Shown: piece by piece, positions 20,301 to 28,821 of the stretch | How positions within the stretch are numbered: position 1 is the first letter of the stretch | How the letters are laid out: each line of letters opens with the position of its first letter | Source: Butyrivibrio sp. | GTDB lineage: Bacteria > Bacillota > Clostridia > Lachnospirales > Lachnospiraceae | DNA length: 64,000 nt | Direction: 5' to 3' | Assembly (NCBI GenBank): GCA_045124255.1 | Contig: JBGVLM010000007.1 | Span: forward strand, 9,382 to 73,381 | The notes under the pieces: generated by a model | What the model saw: the letters and a program-made list of their open reading frames with translations, nothing else | Databases searched by the model: none | Told to the model about the DNA's origin: nothing | Position numbers and translations under genes: made by a program

Positions 20301-20433
20301 CTTTATCCGCAATCGAAAAAACCTCATCTGCCCTGACCGGCATGGTAACAGTACTTGTAATAAAAAGCACTAATACCAGCATTAAGCCAAGACTCCTCTT
20401 TATATCCTTCCATATTTTTTTTGCACTAACCAT
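17323..20433 (-). CDS. Large cell-surface protein (signal peptide, FN3 domain, Big_2-like domain, Pro/Asp/Thr-rich stalk, C-terminal TM anchor)
   Basis: 1036 aa. Signal peptide LVLVLFITSTVTMPVRA. FN3-like SGDSEVELKWTVPADNGAEILGYQIAV. Ig-like region (SSSVQIGSSANY..VSISADGTLTVG). Stalk NPDTEPDNPDTEPDNPGIEPG. TM helix plus basic tail (NRKRLL). No LPXTG motif. Confidence 0.75.
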   Translation of the reverse strand: MVSAKKIWKDIKRSLGLMLVLVLFITSTVTMPVRADEVFSIADKAGMLGIGYADKNGDPNGEGALKESFVYHALPNIIIDNTGSINMDDSPVLEAVVYLNVGDKQYEVIQYTSNPLYYGAGSYGIMMVEDGVYRARLGVVYRDEKGDLIGETTIVDGYEQANGEAYPTWEYTATYCKDDPDYGFSDEIISYLNAMGITDGNAIIDYLTSTDLNKDYTVKYTLTDNSNAATEYIQTGVSLYDYEIEKYGTSYVYGKKLGYNRIESLTEYHAAGEFDYIKMYKGNIYVDAGSLAELGTTLNIPNDNNSGLYYLNSVYVNDEILYNDGYSKNNAETGYQLLGCVLPSPVESKNEAVEEFTNIMLGKIYEFDDFADVDSYYEYYWARDEINSFNGHLIDLGNESIIIKAYNDYDNLYSEFLPIKIYMADNGNLLEAYEKCDSDDCFIWDSVVLPEIAVGNTTCEEIEAYMTYLNYISVGLNLDYEEAVYTLMVDGKPLGTFGLGTINYIMELIWENLYWDDEAGVTSELSSSYTYYDSVYGEIVLNTITGIVPVKAELTCNNTAVDKFSTADDSNMYGCSIDELEEILDNIGLSSDSMKVWIIKQEATVDYNEDYTVLAAAFKNTLKEEFGDSAYEEFLNYVTDNFVTHKLFVNSVQVNDASQLNTKTDVYGEELEIPLSLFGEIELGKENLISQLWYAGSENGYIVPVRMEISNKEMLVDGKYKNWGYDNLYSNKIFDELYYSAYNRILNARRGTVIFAKVPDLIEEQERIVSGDSEVELKWTVPADNGAEILGYQIAVMPKGVLPTEADYITTGDEAGSYTDIGDNYIITYSTTNNSYTVETNGESTDIYVRAVNVIGAAKPQKIVITNPYDISITGSSSVQIGSSANYDTVDYAEKNVEASCTYTLKDNPANVSISADGTLTVGASCTLTEVTIISTGKAGTPYAGRTASKTVALTAATVNPDTEPDNPDTEPDNPGIEPGTNPDINPDDPDTKPDTNPDAGNSAAVVLCISMTVVLALALASVVIINRKRLLNGKN
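17440..17560 (-). repeat. In-frame 21-nt tandem repeats encoding (N)PDTEPD heptads of the surface-protein stalk
   Basis: GGATTATCAGGTTCTGTATCA occurs twice in perfect tandem (17510-17551), flanked by degenerate copies. Confidence 0.8.
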
Positions 20434-20438
20434 TCAAT

Positions 20439-21965
20439 CTACTCTCCTTTTGAATAAATATAATATCCATTATTCATTTGTAAGTTATAACCGGCTTTAT
20501 TCAGTTCATTGGAAAGATTTACCGCTTCTGTGTCAGACAACCCATCTGATTCATAAGTCTCGTACCAATAACTGATTTCATCACGAATTAAAATCTTATC
20601 GTACTTCTCATAGTTATCCGTATCATTAAAATATATGTTCATAACAGATATTCCACGCCCATATTTATCATAAACCATATTGTCCGGACTAATAAGATAT
20701 TTAATTCCGATATAACACTCCGACTGAAATACGCCGGTGGTGTCAAGCATAACCGTATCGCCCTCCTCTACGTTATCCAATACATTCATTATTCTGTCAT
20801 CTCCGTAAATATAAGGCTCTTTTGTCAGATACTCCTTCATAAAGAAGCCAAACATTACGAGATAACCAAGTCCCGCCAGAAAAACAAGACTTTTAAAGTA
20901 ATTTATAATAAAATCAATTCCTACGGCAGTAAATACCAGCAGGAAAAAATATATTACCGTAAAATTATATGTGGTAGCATCAATAATAAAAAGTAAAGGA
21001 ATAAAAGCCGCGAGAAAAAATCCCCCGAAATATCTGTCTGCTTCATTTGCCTTTAATTCCTTAATAATCCTTACAAGTCCTACGGGTATAAAAAGCCAGG
21101 ACAAATAATATATTGTGCCGAACATTCTGCTCCCTGCAAAATCCGACTGGGAATCAGTGAAAAACATATACCTCAAATTCAGTATATTTTCAAAAGAAAA
21201 ACCAAAATCCTTCTTACGTGCCGCAGAAACCGGTGCAATAGTAAAATAATCCGTATATACAGCCGGAGCAATATCAATAAGAGTAAGCAGATACCAGAAA
21301 ACAGGAAAGCTTACAACAAATGCAATACCCGTCTCAATAAACAGGTATTTTCTCTTCCATCCGAAAATAAACTGCACCGCAATAAAAAGCGGAATCATGA
21401 ACACCGCAATTATATAAGAATAACTCAGTAATCCCAGACATACCCCTAATCCGATATAACTGCCCACACTGCCCTTCTTATGGCAGCGGTTGGCGAGATA
21501 CATACACAGCACAAACACCAAAATTACGATATCACAGTCATAGGACATACCCGTCATTTTATAAAAATACGGTGAAATAATATACAGAATATAAAATATC
21601 CATTCTGTTCTTTTGTTAAAAATATCCCTAATCAGGCTTCCGCCGGCAATCAGGGTTACAAGTTCCGAAATAAGCTTTACTGCTCTGCACAGAGTTACGC
21701 TAAAGCCGAATACCTTGGTAAGGCAAACGCCAATGTATACATACAGTGCACTCTGTCCGCTGGTACCGTTTGCAAAATATACCGGAAACGGGTTGCCGTA
21801 CCGGTCGGTTCCAAACTCTGACAGGCAGAAAATATTGTAATCAATTGCTGCCTCATCGAAATTAATCCCATGCAGTTCAAAAAACACACAGGGAATTCTT
21901 GAAACAATGAGGCAGGCGATTGCAATTATGGTTATATAATATTTTTTAATAAATTGCTTTAACAA
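20439..21965 (-). CDS. Polytopic GT-C-type glycosyltransferase (PMT/ArnT-like, family 39-like)
   Basis: 508 aa with about 11 predicted TM helices, an acidic motif in the first extracytoplasmic loop (GINFDEAAIDYN), and a soluble C-terminal domain. Its stop is 5 nt from the start of the surface-protein gene. Confidence 0.6.
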   Translation of the reverse strand: MLKQFIKKYYITIIAIACLIVSRIPCVFFELHGINFDEAAIDYNIFCLSEFGTDRYGNPFPVYFANGTSGQSALYVYIGVCLTKVFGFSVTLCRAVKLISELVTLIAGGSLIRDIFNKRTEWIFYILYIISPYFYKMTGMSYDCDIVILVFVLCMYLANRCHKKGSVGSYIGLGVCLGLLSYSYIIAVFMIPLFIAVQFIFGWKRKYLFIETGIAFVVSFPVFWYLLTLIDIAPAVYTDYFTIAPVSAARKKDFGFSFENILNLRYMFFTDSQSDFAGSRMFGTIYYLSWLFIPVGLVRIIKELKANEADRYFGGFFLAAFIPLLFIIDATTYNFTVIYFFLLVFTAVGIDFIINYFKSLVFLAGLGYLVMFGFFMKEYLTKEPYIYGDDRIMNVLDNVEEGDTVMLDTTGVFQSECYIGIKYLISPDNMVYDKYGRGISVMNIYFNDTDNYEKYDKILIRDEISYWYETYESDGLSDTEAVNLSNELNKAGYNLQMNNGYYIYSKGE

Positions 21966-22124
21966 TTATTTCACTCATCCACGCACAATTATTTGATAAA
22001 ATTAACTAATAATAGTATAAATCTTTATACAATATTCGTCAAGATGTACAAGTTATTAAACTTGCTACTTTTTTAATTAATTGATATAATTATGAAAAAT
22101 TATTTTTACGGAGGGAGTATTACC

Positions 22125-22853
22125 ATGAGTTATGTACTTTCAACAGACAACCTCACCAAAATATACCATGGCTTTAAGGCTGTAGACTCCATCAGCATTC
22201 ATGTTGAGAAGGGCGACATCTACGGTTTCATAGGCAGGAACGGTGCCGGTAAAACAACCACACTCAAGATGATTGCAGGTCTTGCTGCCCCATCCTCAGG
22301 TAAATTTTCGCTTTTTGAAAAGCCTTATGAGGAGTTAGTTAAAACAAATGTCTTTGCCAAGGTCGGAAGCCTGATTGAAGAACCGGGAATTTATCCTGAC
22401 ATGACTGCATTTGACAATGTATATCTCAAATGCATCTGTGCCGGAATTAAGGATAAAAATTACGCAATGGAGATTTTAAGACTTGTCGATTTAGACAGAA
22501 CAGGCAGAAAGAAAGTCAAGGGCTTCTCTCTCGGAATGAGACAGCGTCTCGGAATTGCACTTGCGATGGTCGGCGAGCCCGAGTTACTTATTCTTGACGA
22601 GCCGATTAACGGTCTTGACCCACAGGGTATTTTAGAAATCAGGGAAACTATCCTTAAGCTTAACAAGGAAAGAAATATAACCTTTATTATTTCAAGCCAC
22701 ATTCTGGGCGAGCTTTCCAAAATGGCAACACGCTACGGAATCATTGATAAGGGTCAGATTATAAAAGAGTTATCCTCAGAGGAATTAGCTTCACAATCCG
22801 ATGACCTTGAGGCTTTTTATTTAAATCTTACAGGAGGTATGGGAAATGCTTAA
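22125..22853 (+). CDS. ABC transporter ATP-binding protein (ABC-2 exporter type)
   Basis: Walker A GRNGAGKTT, signature FSLGMRQRL, Walker B LLILDEP. ATG 22125 with a GGAGGGAG RBS is preferred, because the track start 22092 abuts a TGATATAAT -10 box. Confidence 0.9.
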   Translation: MSYVLSTDNLTKIYHGFKAVDSISIHVEKGDIYGFIGRNGAGKTTTLKMIAGLAAPSSGKFSLFEKPYEELVKTNVFAKVGSLIEEPGIYPDMTAFDNVYLKCICAGIKDKNYAMEILRLVDLDRTGRKKVKGFSLGMRQRLGIALAMVGEPELLILDEPINGLDPQGILEIRETILKLNKERNITFIISSHILGELSKMATRYGIIDKGQIIKELSSEELASQSDDLEAFYLNLTGGMGNA

Positions 22854-23658
22854 TATTATTAAAATGGATTTCTACAGGCTTTTCAAAAGCAAGTCCTTCT
22901 ACCTTATATCAGGTATAGCAATTGTAATGACAATATTTATCATGTTAATGTTCGGTGTCTATTCGCTCGCGCTTAACCAGCTTGACACCGGCACACTTAA
23001 TGCCGAGACAATGGCATTGTTGGAAACCTCGCTTCCATCAACTTTTTCACAGTATTTTGAAGTATTTTATTTCGGTAACTATATTACACTTCTTCTTGTA
23101 ATATTTATTGTTATCTTCTGCAATGCCGAATTTGGAAGGGGTTATATCAAGAATATCGCCTCTCTCATTACACCAAGATATAAATTTGCTTTTTCAAAGC
23201 TTATTGTTATTGCATTCGTAACAGTTTTTATTTATATTCTGCCTGCAATTGTAATAATCTGCGGCTGTGCAATCGGCGGAGTTCCAATGACTCTTGAAAA
23301 TCCTGCCGGACTTGCCAAAATGATAATTGTAGGAATTATAATGAACATTTCACTTACAGCATTTACAATGATGTTGTTTTATATTTTCAGGAAATCAATG
23401 CCGGCACTTATTTCCGGAATTGTATATGTAACAATGGGACAGTTTGCTTACTCACTCCTGAACCTTGTTTTCAAGGCCGCATTACAGACTGAGAAGATTG
23501 ACATTACCAAGTTCACAAACCTCGGAAACATGTTATACCATGTCAACATGTCTGCTGATACCGTAACCTATGTCCGTTCCGTAATTGTAGCAGTAGTAAT
23601 ACTGGCAGCGAGCATGGCACTTACATGTATGTCATTGAACAAAAAAGATATTAAATAA
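22846..23658 (+). CDS. ABC-2 type transporter permease
   Basis: 270 aa with 6 hydrophobic segments. Its start overlaps the stop of the ATPase gene by 8 nt. Confidence 0.75.
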   Translation: MLNIIKMDFYRLFKSKSFYLISGIAIVMTIFIMLMFGVYSLALNQLDTGTLNAETMALLETSLPSTFSQYFEVFYFGNYITLLLVIFIVIFCNAEFGRGYIKNIASLITPRYKFAFSKLIVIAFVTVFIYILPAIVIICGCAIGGVPMTLENPAGLAKMIIVGIIMNISLTAFTMMLFYIFRKSMPALISGIVYVTMGQFAYSLLNLVFKAALQTEKIDITKFTNLGNMLYHVNMSADTVTYVRSVIVAVVILAASMALTCMSLNKKDIK

Positions 23659-23662
23659 ATGC

Positions 23663-23695
23663 AAAAATCCCCGGCGTTCATCACCGGGGATTTTT
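23663..23695. terminator. Bidirectional rho-independent terminator between convergent genes
   Basis: AAAAATCCCCGG-cgttcatca-CCGGGGATTTTT, with an A-run on one side and a T-run on the other. Confidence 0.85.
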
Positions 23696-23738
23696 CTGTA
23701 CATATATAATCCAAAAATTCAATATCTTATTTCATACC

Positions 23739-25385
23739 TTATAAAGATTTTGAAATCTCTTCTCTCATCTTATCCTCTCCGATTATATGGATAATGCTCC
23801 ACAAATCAGGTGTGTTAGCCTTGCCGGTCACTGCAATTCTTACTATCTCGGCAACATCCGAAATGCTTCCCTTGTAATTCTCAGGATTAGCCTTGTATGC
23901 CTTCATATCAGAAGCAAAGCCAAGCTTGTCAGCAATTACTTTCAGATTATCAAACCATGCTGAATTATCATCTGCATAATTAAATGCCTCAAGATACTCA
24001 TTAAGAACTGCCTTGACTGTATCCGAATCACATTTAAACGGCTCCATCTCTTTATTATCCTCAAAGAAAAATCCGATTAATTCCATAATCTGTTTAGCGT
24101 AGATGAAATCTTTTCTTCTTCGCTTCATGCCGATTCCCATATACAGTCTTAAAATTGCAAGCATTTTCTCACGGTCAGCAAACCAGATTTCTGCTTTCTC
24201 AGGTTCATTCTCCTCAGCCCAGTTCTTAAGGAAGTCATACATCTCCTCCTCTGACAGCTTCGCAAGTTCATTTTTACAGATATTGTGAAGCTTGTCCTTG
24301 TCAAAAAGAGCACCCGACTGGCTCATTTTCTCAACAGAAAATGGGAATTCGCTGCAATCCTTATCCGGGAATTTCTCATACCACTCCTCAAAGTTTGAAT
24401 TAAGAAGTGTGAGAAGGTAAATCTTCATGCCCTGTGGATGATATCCGTCCTTGCGATAGTAATCAAGTGACAATTCAGGGTCCTTTCTCTTTGAAAGCTT
24501 TCTTTTACCGCCCGTCTCCTCATCAAACTTCATTAAATGTGCCGTATGTCCGTAAGCAGGCATTTTAAAGCCAAGCACATGGAATAATTCATAATGAATA
24601 GGTGCGGAAGCAAGCCACTCACCGCCTCTGATGACCATTGTGGTTCTCATAAGATGGTCATCTATTGCATGTGCAAAATGGTATGTCGGAACACCGTCTT
24701 TTTTCAAAAGAACGATATCGTGAATATTCTCAGGAAGCTTAATATCTCCCATAATGCTGTCAGTAAAGGTAATTTCCCTGTCAGGGCTGCCCTGTGAACG
24801 GAGTCTTAATACATATTCCTTACCCGCCTTAAGGTTCTCCTCAATCTGTTCAATTGTAAGATTGCGGCAGAGTGCATATTTGCCGTAGTAGCCTGTAAGC
24901 TCCTTTGCCTCCTCCTGCTGTCTGCGGATTTCCTCAAGTGCGTCCTCCTCACAGAAGCATGGGTAAGCAAGTCCCTGCTCAACCAGTCTCTTTGCAAAGG
25001 CATGGTAGATTTCCACACGCTGTCTCTGGAAATATGGTCCGTAAGCATTCTGTGGCGCATCATCATCAAAGCCTGCACCCTCATCAAACTCAATATTAAA
25101 ATAACGAAGTACATTAATAATTGTCTCAACTGCACCATCAACCTTACGTTTCTCGTCAGTATCCTCAATTCTTAAATAAAATACGCCGCCGTTACGATGT
25201 GCAATTCTCTCATCAGCAAGTGCACTGTATAAGTTTCCAAGATGTATAAAACCTGTCGGACTCGGTGCCATACGTGTTACCTGTGCTTTGGCAGGGAGTT
25301 TTCTGTATGGGAATTTCTCCTCATAATACTCCGGTGTCTTGTCCACATCAGGGAATAATAAATCTGCTAATTTCTGATTATCCAT
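23739..25385 (-). CDS. gltX: Glutamate--tRNA ligase (class I, GluRS family, long form)
   Basis: HIGH-type motif APSPTGFIHLGN, RIEDTDEKR, and KMSKS-type KLSKRK. ATG 25385 with a GGAGGAG RBS is preferred to the TTG at 25397. Confidence 0.8.
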   Translation of the reverse strand: MDNQKLADLLFPDVDKTPEYYEEKFPYRKLPAKAQVTRMAPSPTGFIHLGNLYSALADERIAHRNGGVFYLRIEDTDEKRKVDGAVETIINVLRYFNIEFDEGAGFDDDAPQNAYGPYFQRQRVEIYHAFAKRLVEQGLAYPCFCEEDALEEIRRQQEEAKELTGYYGKYALCRNLTIEQIEENLKAGKEYVLRLRSQGSPDREITFTDSIMGDIKLPENIHDIVLLKKDGVPTYHFAHAIDDHLMRTTMVIRGGEWLASAPIHYELFHVLGFKMPAYGHTAHLMKFDEETGGKRKLSKRKDPELSLDYYRKDGYHPQGMKIYLLTLLNSNFEEWYEKFPDKDCSEFPFSVEKMSQSGALFDKDKLHNICKNELAKLSEEEMYDFLKNWAEENEPEKAEIWFADREKMLAILRLYMGIGMKRRRKDFIYAKQIMELIGFFFEDNKEMEPFKCDSDTVKAVLNEYLEAFNYADDNSAWFDNLKVIADKLGFASDMKAYKANPENYKGSISDVAEIVRIAVTGKANTPDLWSIIHIIGEDKMREEISKSL

Positions 25386-25409
25386 TTTCTCCTCCAATTT
25401 ATTGTAAAA

Positions 25410-28055
25410 TTAATTATCTGCAATATCTGAATTGTTACATTCAAAAGAAAGATTGTCAATATTTTTTTGAAGTATTTCTGACATATATGCCTTATCCTTC
25501 CTGTTATTGGCGGCATAAAAACGTTCCATATTATTTCTGACAACCTCTGCTGCTTCTTTTTCAAATTCCCTTGATGACATTCGAAGACAGCCCTGTCCCA
25601 TAACAATAATCTGCTCCTGATTATCCGAGGTCACAACAGTTATTTTGTATTTTCTGCCATAATCATGTGCAAAACGTTCAATATATCTGTCGGCAGTCTC
25701 TGCTTCCGCAGTATATACGACATGAATATTGTGATAATCAAGATACTCAACTGCATGTCCTTTTACCCTGTAGGCGTCAAAAACAACAATCAGTTCAGTC
25801 TTTTTAAATGCCTGATAATTGCAGAGTATATCCAGAAGCCTGTCCCTCGCACTGTCAATATTAACTGCGGCAAGTTCTGAAAGCTCCTTCCATGCATATA
25901 TAACATTATAGCCGTCAACAAGAAAATAATCCGGTCCTTCCCGCTTCTCCCCTTTGAATGAGCTGTAGTCCTGTTTCTCGGAAGCATACTGCCATTTAAC
26001 ATTTCTCTTCTTATGGTTTGCACCGATTGTACTCTCTATAATAGCGTCAATCTCCTCCGTACCAAGGGCATAATCACTGTCCGTAAAACGAAGTCCGGGA
26101 TTATTCATCTCCTCTGCATGCTCCTCCAAGGGTTTAAAATAACCCTCAACATGCATATAATTTCCAACCTCATTCCACGGAACAACAAAACCTGCTCCAT
26201 GTGTACAGAATACAGAAGATGAAGGATTGGCAGTATCCCCTTCTGCATTATAGCCTGCTGCTCCAATAACATCCTCTGCATTATGACATTTCTCAAAGCC
26301 CCTGAGAACACATCTGAGGCTTCCCCTGCCGCCCGTATAAGCAGAAACTTCAGCGGAATATTCTCCGATGGTTGAAACCGGTGCCACGCCTGTAATTACA
26401 GTCATATCTTTGATGGTTTCAGGCGGCTCAAATCGCCCGTAAAGCTTTTTAATGTCCGTAAGAGCCCTTCCTATACATTCCGTCGGTATTTCAAGTTCAA
26501 AAGCATACACAGGCTCCAAAAGCACGCAGGAGGCACTCATAAGTCCCTGCCTTACCGCCCTGTAGGTTGCCTGCCTGAAATCACCGCCCTCCGTATGCTT
26601 TGTATGTGCCTTTCCTGCAACAAGGGTAATTCTCATATCCGTTATTTCCGAACCTGTCAGCACTCCCCTGTGCCGCTTCTCCTCCAGATGCGTAAGAATA
26701 AGCCGCTGCCAGTTTCTGTCTAACAAATCCTCCCTGCAGTCCGCTGCAAATTCCAGTCCGCTTCCTTCCTCCAACGGCTCCATAAGCAGGTGTACCTCCG
26801 CATAATGTTTAAGCGGCTCGTAATGGCCTACTCCTTCAACGGCATTTTCAATGGTTTCTTTATATATTATTTTGCCCGTATCAAATTCTACATCCAGCAC
26901 CAGACGCTCCTTAATCAGACTTTTTAGTATTTCAATCTGTATGGCTCCCATTATTCTGACATTAATCTCTGAATGCTCCTCATCCCAGTCAAGATGAAGC
27001 TCCGGAATCTCCTCCGCAAGGTTTCTGAACTTAGGAAGCACCTTTACGGCATCCACAGCTTCCGGCAGAATTATTCTGTAAGTAAGCACCGGCTCCAAAA
27101 CAGGCAGAATAACTCCCTTATCTGTTCCGACGCCCATACCTGAACAGGTGTTATCAGGTCCCGTAACTGCACAGACGGTTCCGCTTACAGCCTCATTAAC
27201 AACGCTAAAAGCCGAGCCGTTATATATTCTTATTTGATTTACTTTTTCATTATTAATGCTGTCGCGTACTTTAAGCGTTCCCTCCGTCACCTTAAGAAAG
27301 GTCTGACGCACTCCGTTCTCATCTCTCTGAATCTTGTAAACTCTTCCTGCAAAAGCATTATTCTGCTTACAGCCATGCAAATCCTCACTAAATCTGTTAA
27401 GTCCGTTAAGCAGCAAATCAATCCCCTGACATTTCAATGCCGAGCCAAAATAACACGGAATAATCCTTCTGTTTAAAATTCCCTGTCTGATTGAAGCATC
27501 CGATACACTTCCGTTCTCTAAAAACTCCTCCATTGCCGAATCATCAGTCATTGCAATATTATCATGAAACTGTGTATCCTCGCTGACATCAAAGGCTATA
27601 CAGCAGTCTCCTAACTTCTTCTGTATCTGAAAGAATATATTCTCCCTGTCCGCAGTCTGCCTGTCCATTTTATTCACAAAAATAAACACCGGCACATTAT
27701 ACTGCTTTAAAAGCTTCCATAGTGTCAGCGTATGGCTCTGAATCCCATCCGGACCGCTTATAACAAGAACTGCATAGTCAAGAACGCCTAATGTCCTCTC
27801 CATTTCTGCCGAAAAGTCCGTATGACCCGGTGTATCTATCAAGGTTATCTCCGTTTCAGGCATGGAAATAACCGCCTGCTTGGAGAAAATCGTGATTCCC
27901 CTCTGACGTTCCATTTCATAGGTATCCAGAAATGAATCACGATTGTCCACTCTTCCAAGCCTGCGGATCATCCTGCCTGTATATAAAATTCCTTCCGAAA
28001 GTGTGGTTTTGCCTGCATCAACATGTGCAAGAATACCGATTACAATTTTCTTCAT
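25410..28055 (-). CDS. EF-G/Tet(M)-like translational GTPase fused to a C-terminal YacP/Rae1-type NYN ribonuclease domain
   Basis: G1 AHVDAGKT, G2 RGITI, G3 DTPGH, G4 NKMD. The N-terminus is close to ribosomal-protection-protein N-termini (MKxxxIGxLAHVDAGKTTL). Residues about 708-850 (FLVDGYNVIYAW, LIVVFDAYRVKG, EAETADRYIERFA, VVTSDNQEQIIVMGQGCLRMSSREF) align motif by motif with B. subtilis YacP as I recall it. Confidence 0.8.
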   Translation of the reverse strand: MKKIVIGILAHVDAGKTTLSEGILYTGRMIRRLGRVDNRDSFLDTYEMERQRGITIFSKQAVISMPETEITLIDTPGHTDFSAEMERTLGVLDYAVLVISGPDGIQSHTLTLWKLLKQYNVPVFIFVNKMDRQTADRENIFFQIQKKLGDCCIAFDVSEDTQFHDNIAMTDDSAMEEFLENGSVSDASIRQGILNRRIIPCYFGSALKCQGIDLLLNGLNRFSEDLHGCKQNNAFAGRVYKIQRDENGVRQTFLKVTEGTLKVRDSINNEKVNQIRIYNGSAFSVVNEAVSGTVCAVTGPDNTCSGMGVGTDKGVILPVLEPVLTYRIILPEAVDAVKVLPKFRNLAEEIPELHLDWDEEHSEINVRIMGAIQIEILKSLIKERLVLDVEFDTGKIIYKETIENAVEGVGHYEPLKHYAEVHLLMEPLEEGSGLEFAADCREDLLDRNWQRLILTHLEEKRHRGVLTGSEITDMRITLVAGKAHTKHTEGGDFRQATYRAVRQGLMSASCVLLEPVYAFELEIPTECIGRALTDIKKLYGRFEPPETIKDMTVITGVAPVSTIGEYSAEVSAYTGGRGSLRCVLRGFEKCHNAEDVIGAAGYNAEGDTANPSSSVFCTHGAGFVVPWNEVGNYMHVEGYFKPLEEHAEEMNNPGLRFTDSDYALGTEEIDAIIESTIGANHKKRNVKWQYASEKQDYSSFKGEKREGPDYFLVDGYNVIYAWKELSELAAVNIDSARDRLLDILCNYQAFKKTELIVVFDAYRVKGHAVEYLDYHNIHVVYTAEAETADRYIERFAHDYGRKYKITVVTSDNQEQIIVMGQGCLRMSSREFEKEAAEVVRNNMERFYAANNRKDKAYMSEILQKNIDNLSFECNNSDIADN

Positions 28056-28153
28056 GCTGTTCTATTTCTTCTCCATTTTCTTCATTGTAACGCATTTTAC
28101 GTTACAAATCAATCATCGGCCTTCCACGATATAATCTTCTTCCTCTGACCAAG

Positions 28154-28203
28154 AAAAAAAGTGGAAAGGCTTCTACGAATATTATCAATAGTTACCTTTC
28201 CAC
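28154..28203 (-). terminator. Terminator downstream of the XRE-family gene (long-loop hairpin plus T-run)
   Basis: On the minus strand: GTGGAAAGG-(25 nt)-CCTTTCCAC followed by TTTTTTT. Confidence 0.55.
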
Positions 28204-28233
28204 AATTATTTATCGTTTGATAATGTATGAAAT

Positions 28234-28698
28234 TTATCTTCCCGCCAAGGACTTTCCAACAACGTACACTCCAGCCAACATTTCTACAATTGATAATCCT
28301 AATAGTACGCCGGAAACGAAGTCTTTAATATTTGAGCCTCCAAATGCATAAGAAAGAGCCTGTAATGCAATACCCATTACAATTAGCATAATTCCATATA
28401 ACATATTTTTTTGTTTTTCTAACTCTTGTGTTCTTCTTAGCAAATCTAAAATTTGCTCATCATCATAGGTGTGAACACTTTTTTCTTCTGACATCTCTCC
28501 ATCCATCAGTTCTGCCACTGTAATTTCAAGTTCCTCACACAAACTTTTTACAATAGCATAGTCTGGCATACACTTACCGGTTTCCCATTTAGAAATAGTC
28601 TTATTGGAAACTCCAAGCTTCTCTGCCAATTGTTCCTGCGTTAGATTTTTCTGTTTTCTCTTTAACGCTATAAATTTTCCTGTAACTGATTGGTTCAT
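28234..28698 (-). CDS. XRE-family HTH transcriptional regulator with C-terminal transmembrane segments
   Basis: HTH LTQEQLAEKLGVSNKTISKWETG, plus two C-terminal hydrophobic helices. ATG 28698 with a GGAGG RBS is preferred to 28716. Confidence 0.8.
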   Translation of the reverse strand: MNQSVTGKFIALKRKQKNLTQEQLAEKLGVSNKTISKWETGKCMPDYAIVKSLCEELEITVAELMDGEMSEEKSVHTYDDEQILDLLRRTQELEKQKNMLYGIMLIVMGIALQALSYAFGGSNIKDFVSGVLLGLSIVEMLAGVYVVGKSLAGR

Positions 28699-28821
28699 AT
28701 GTATTCCTCCATTCATTTGATGACATAAAGGTACCTCTTTCGATGTTTAAATAAAATCCCTTGTTGATAGAATATAGGTGGAATCCATATAAAATAACGG
28801 AATATTACATAGGAAATATTC

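Noticed and set aside
25410-28055. Calling this gene a tetracycline-resistance ribosomal protection protein (tet(M)/tet(W)-like)
   Set aside because: Only the N-terminal GTPase region resembles RPPs at motif level. The protein is about 240 aa longer and carries a YacP/Rae1 NYN domain, there is no mobile-element context, and resistance cannot be inferred without identity values or a phenotype.
28062-28085. 7-codon upstream ORF (MKKMEKK) ahead of the GTPase-NYN gene, reminiscent of tet(M) leader-peptide attenuation
   Set aside because: It has no Shine-Dalgarno sequence, and its ATG overlaps the best -10 candidate (TACAAT preceded by TTGATT-17), so it is probably not fully transcribed. The adjacent 7-bp hairpin lies in the promoter spacer.
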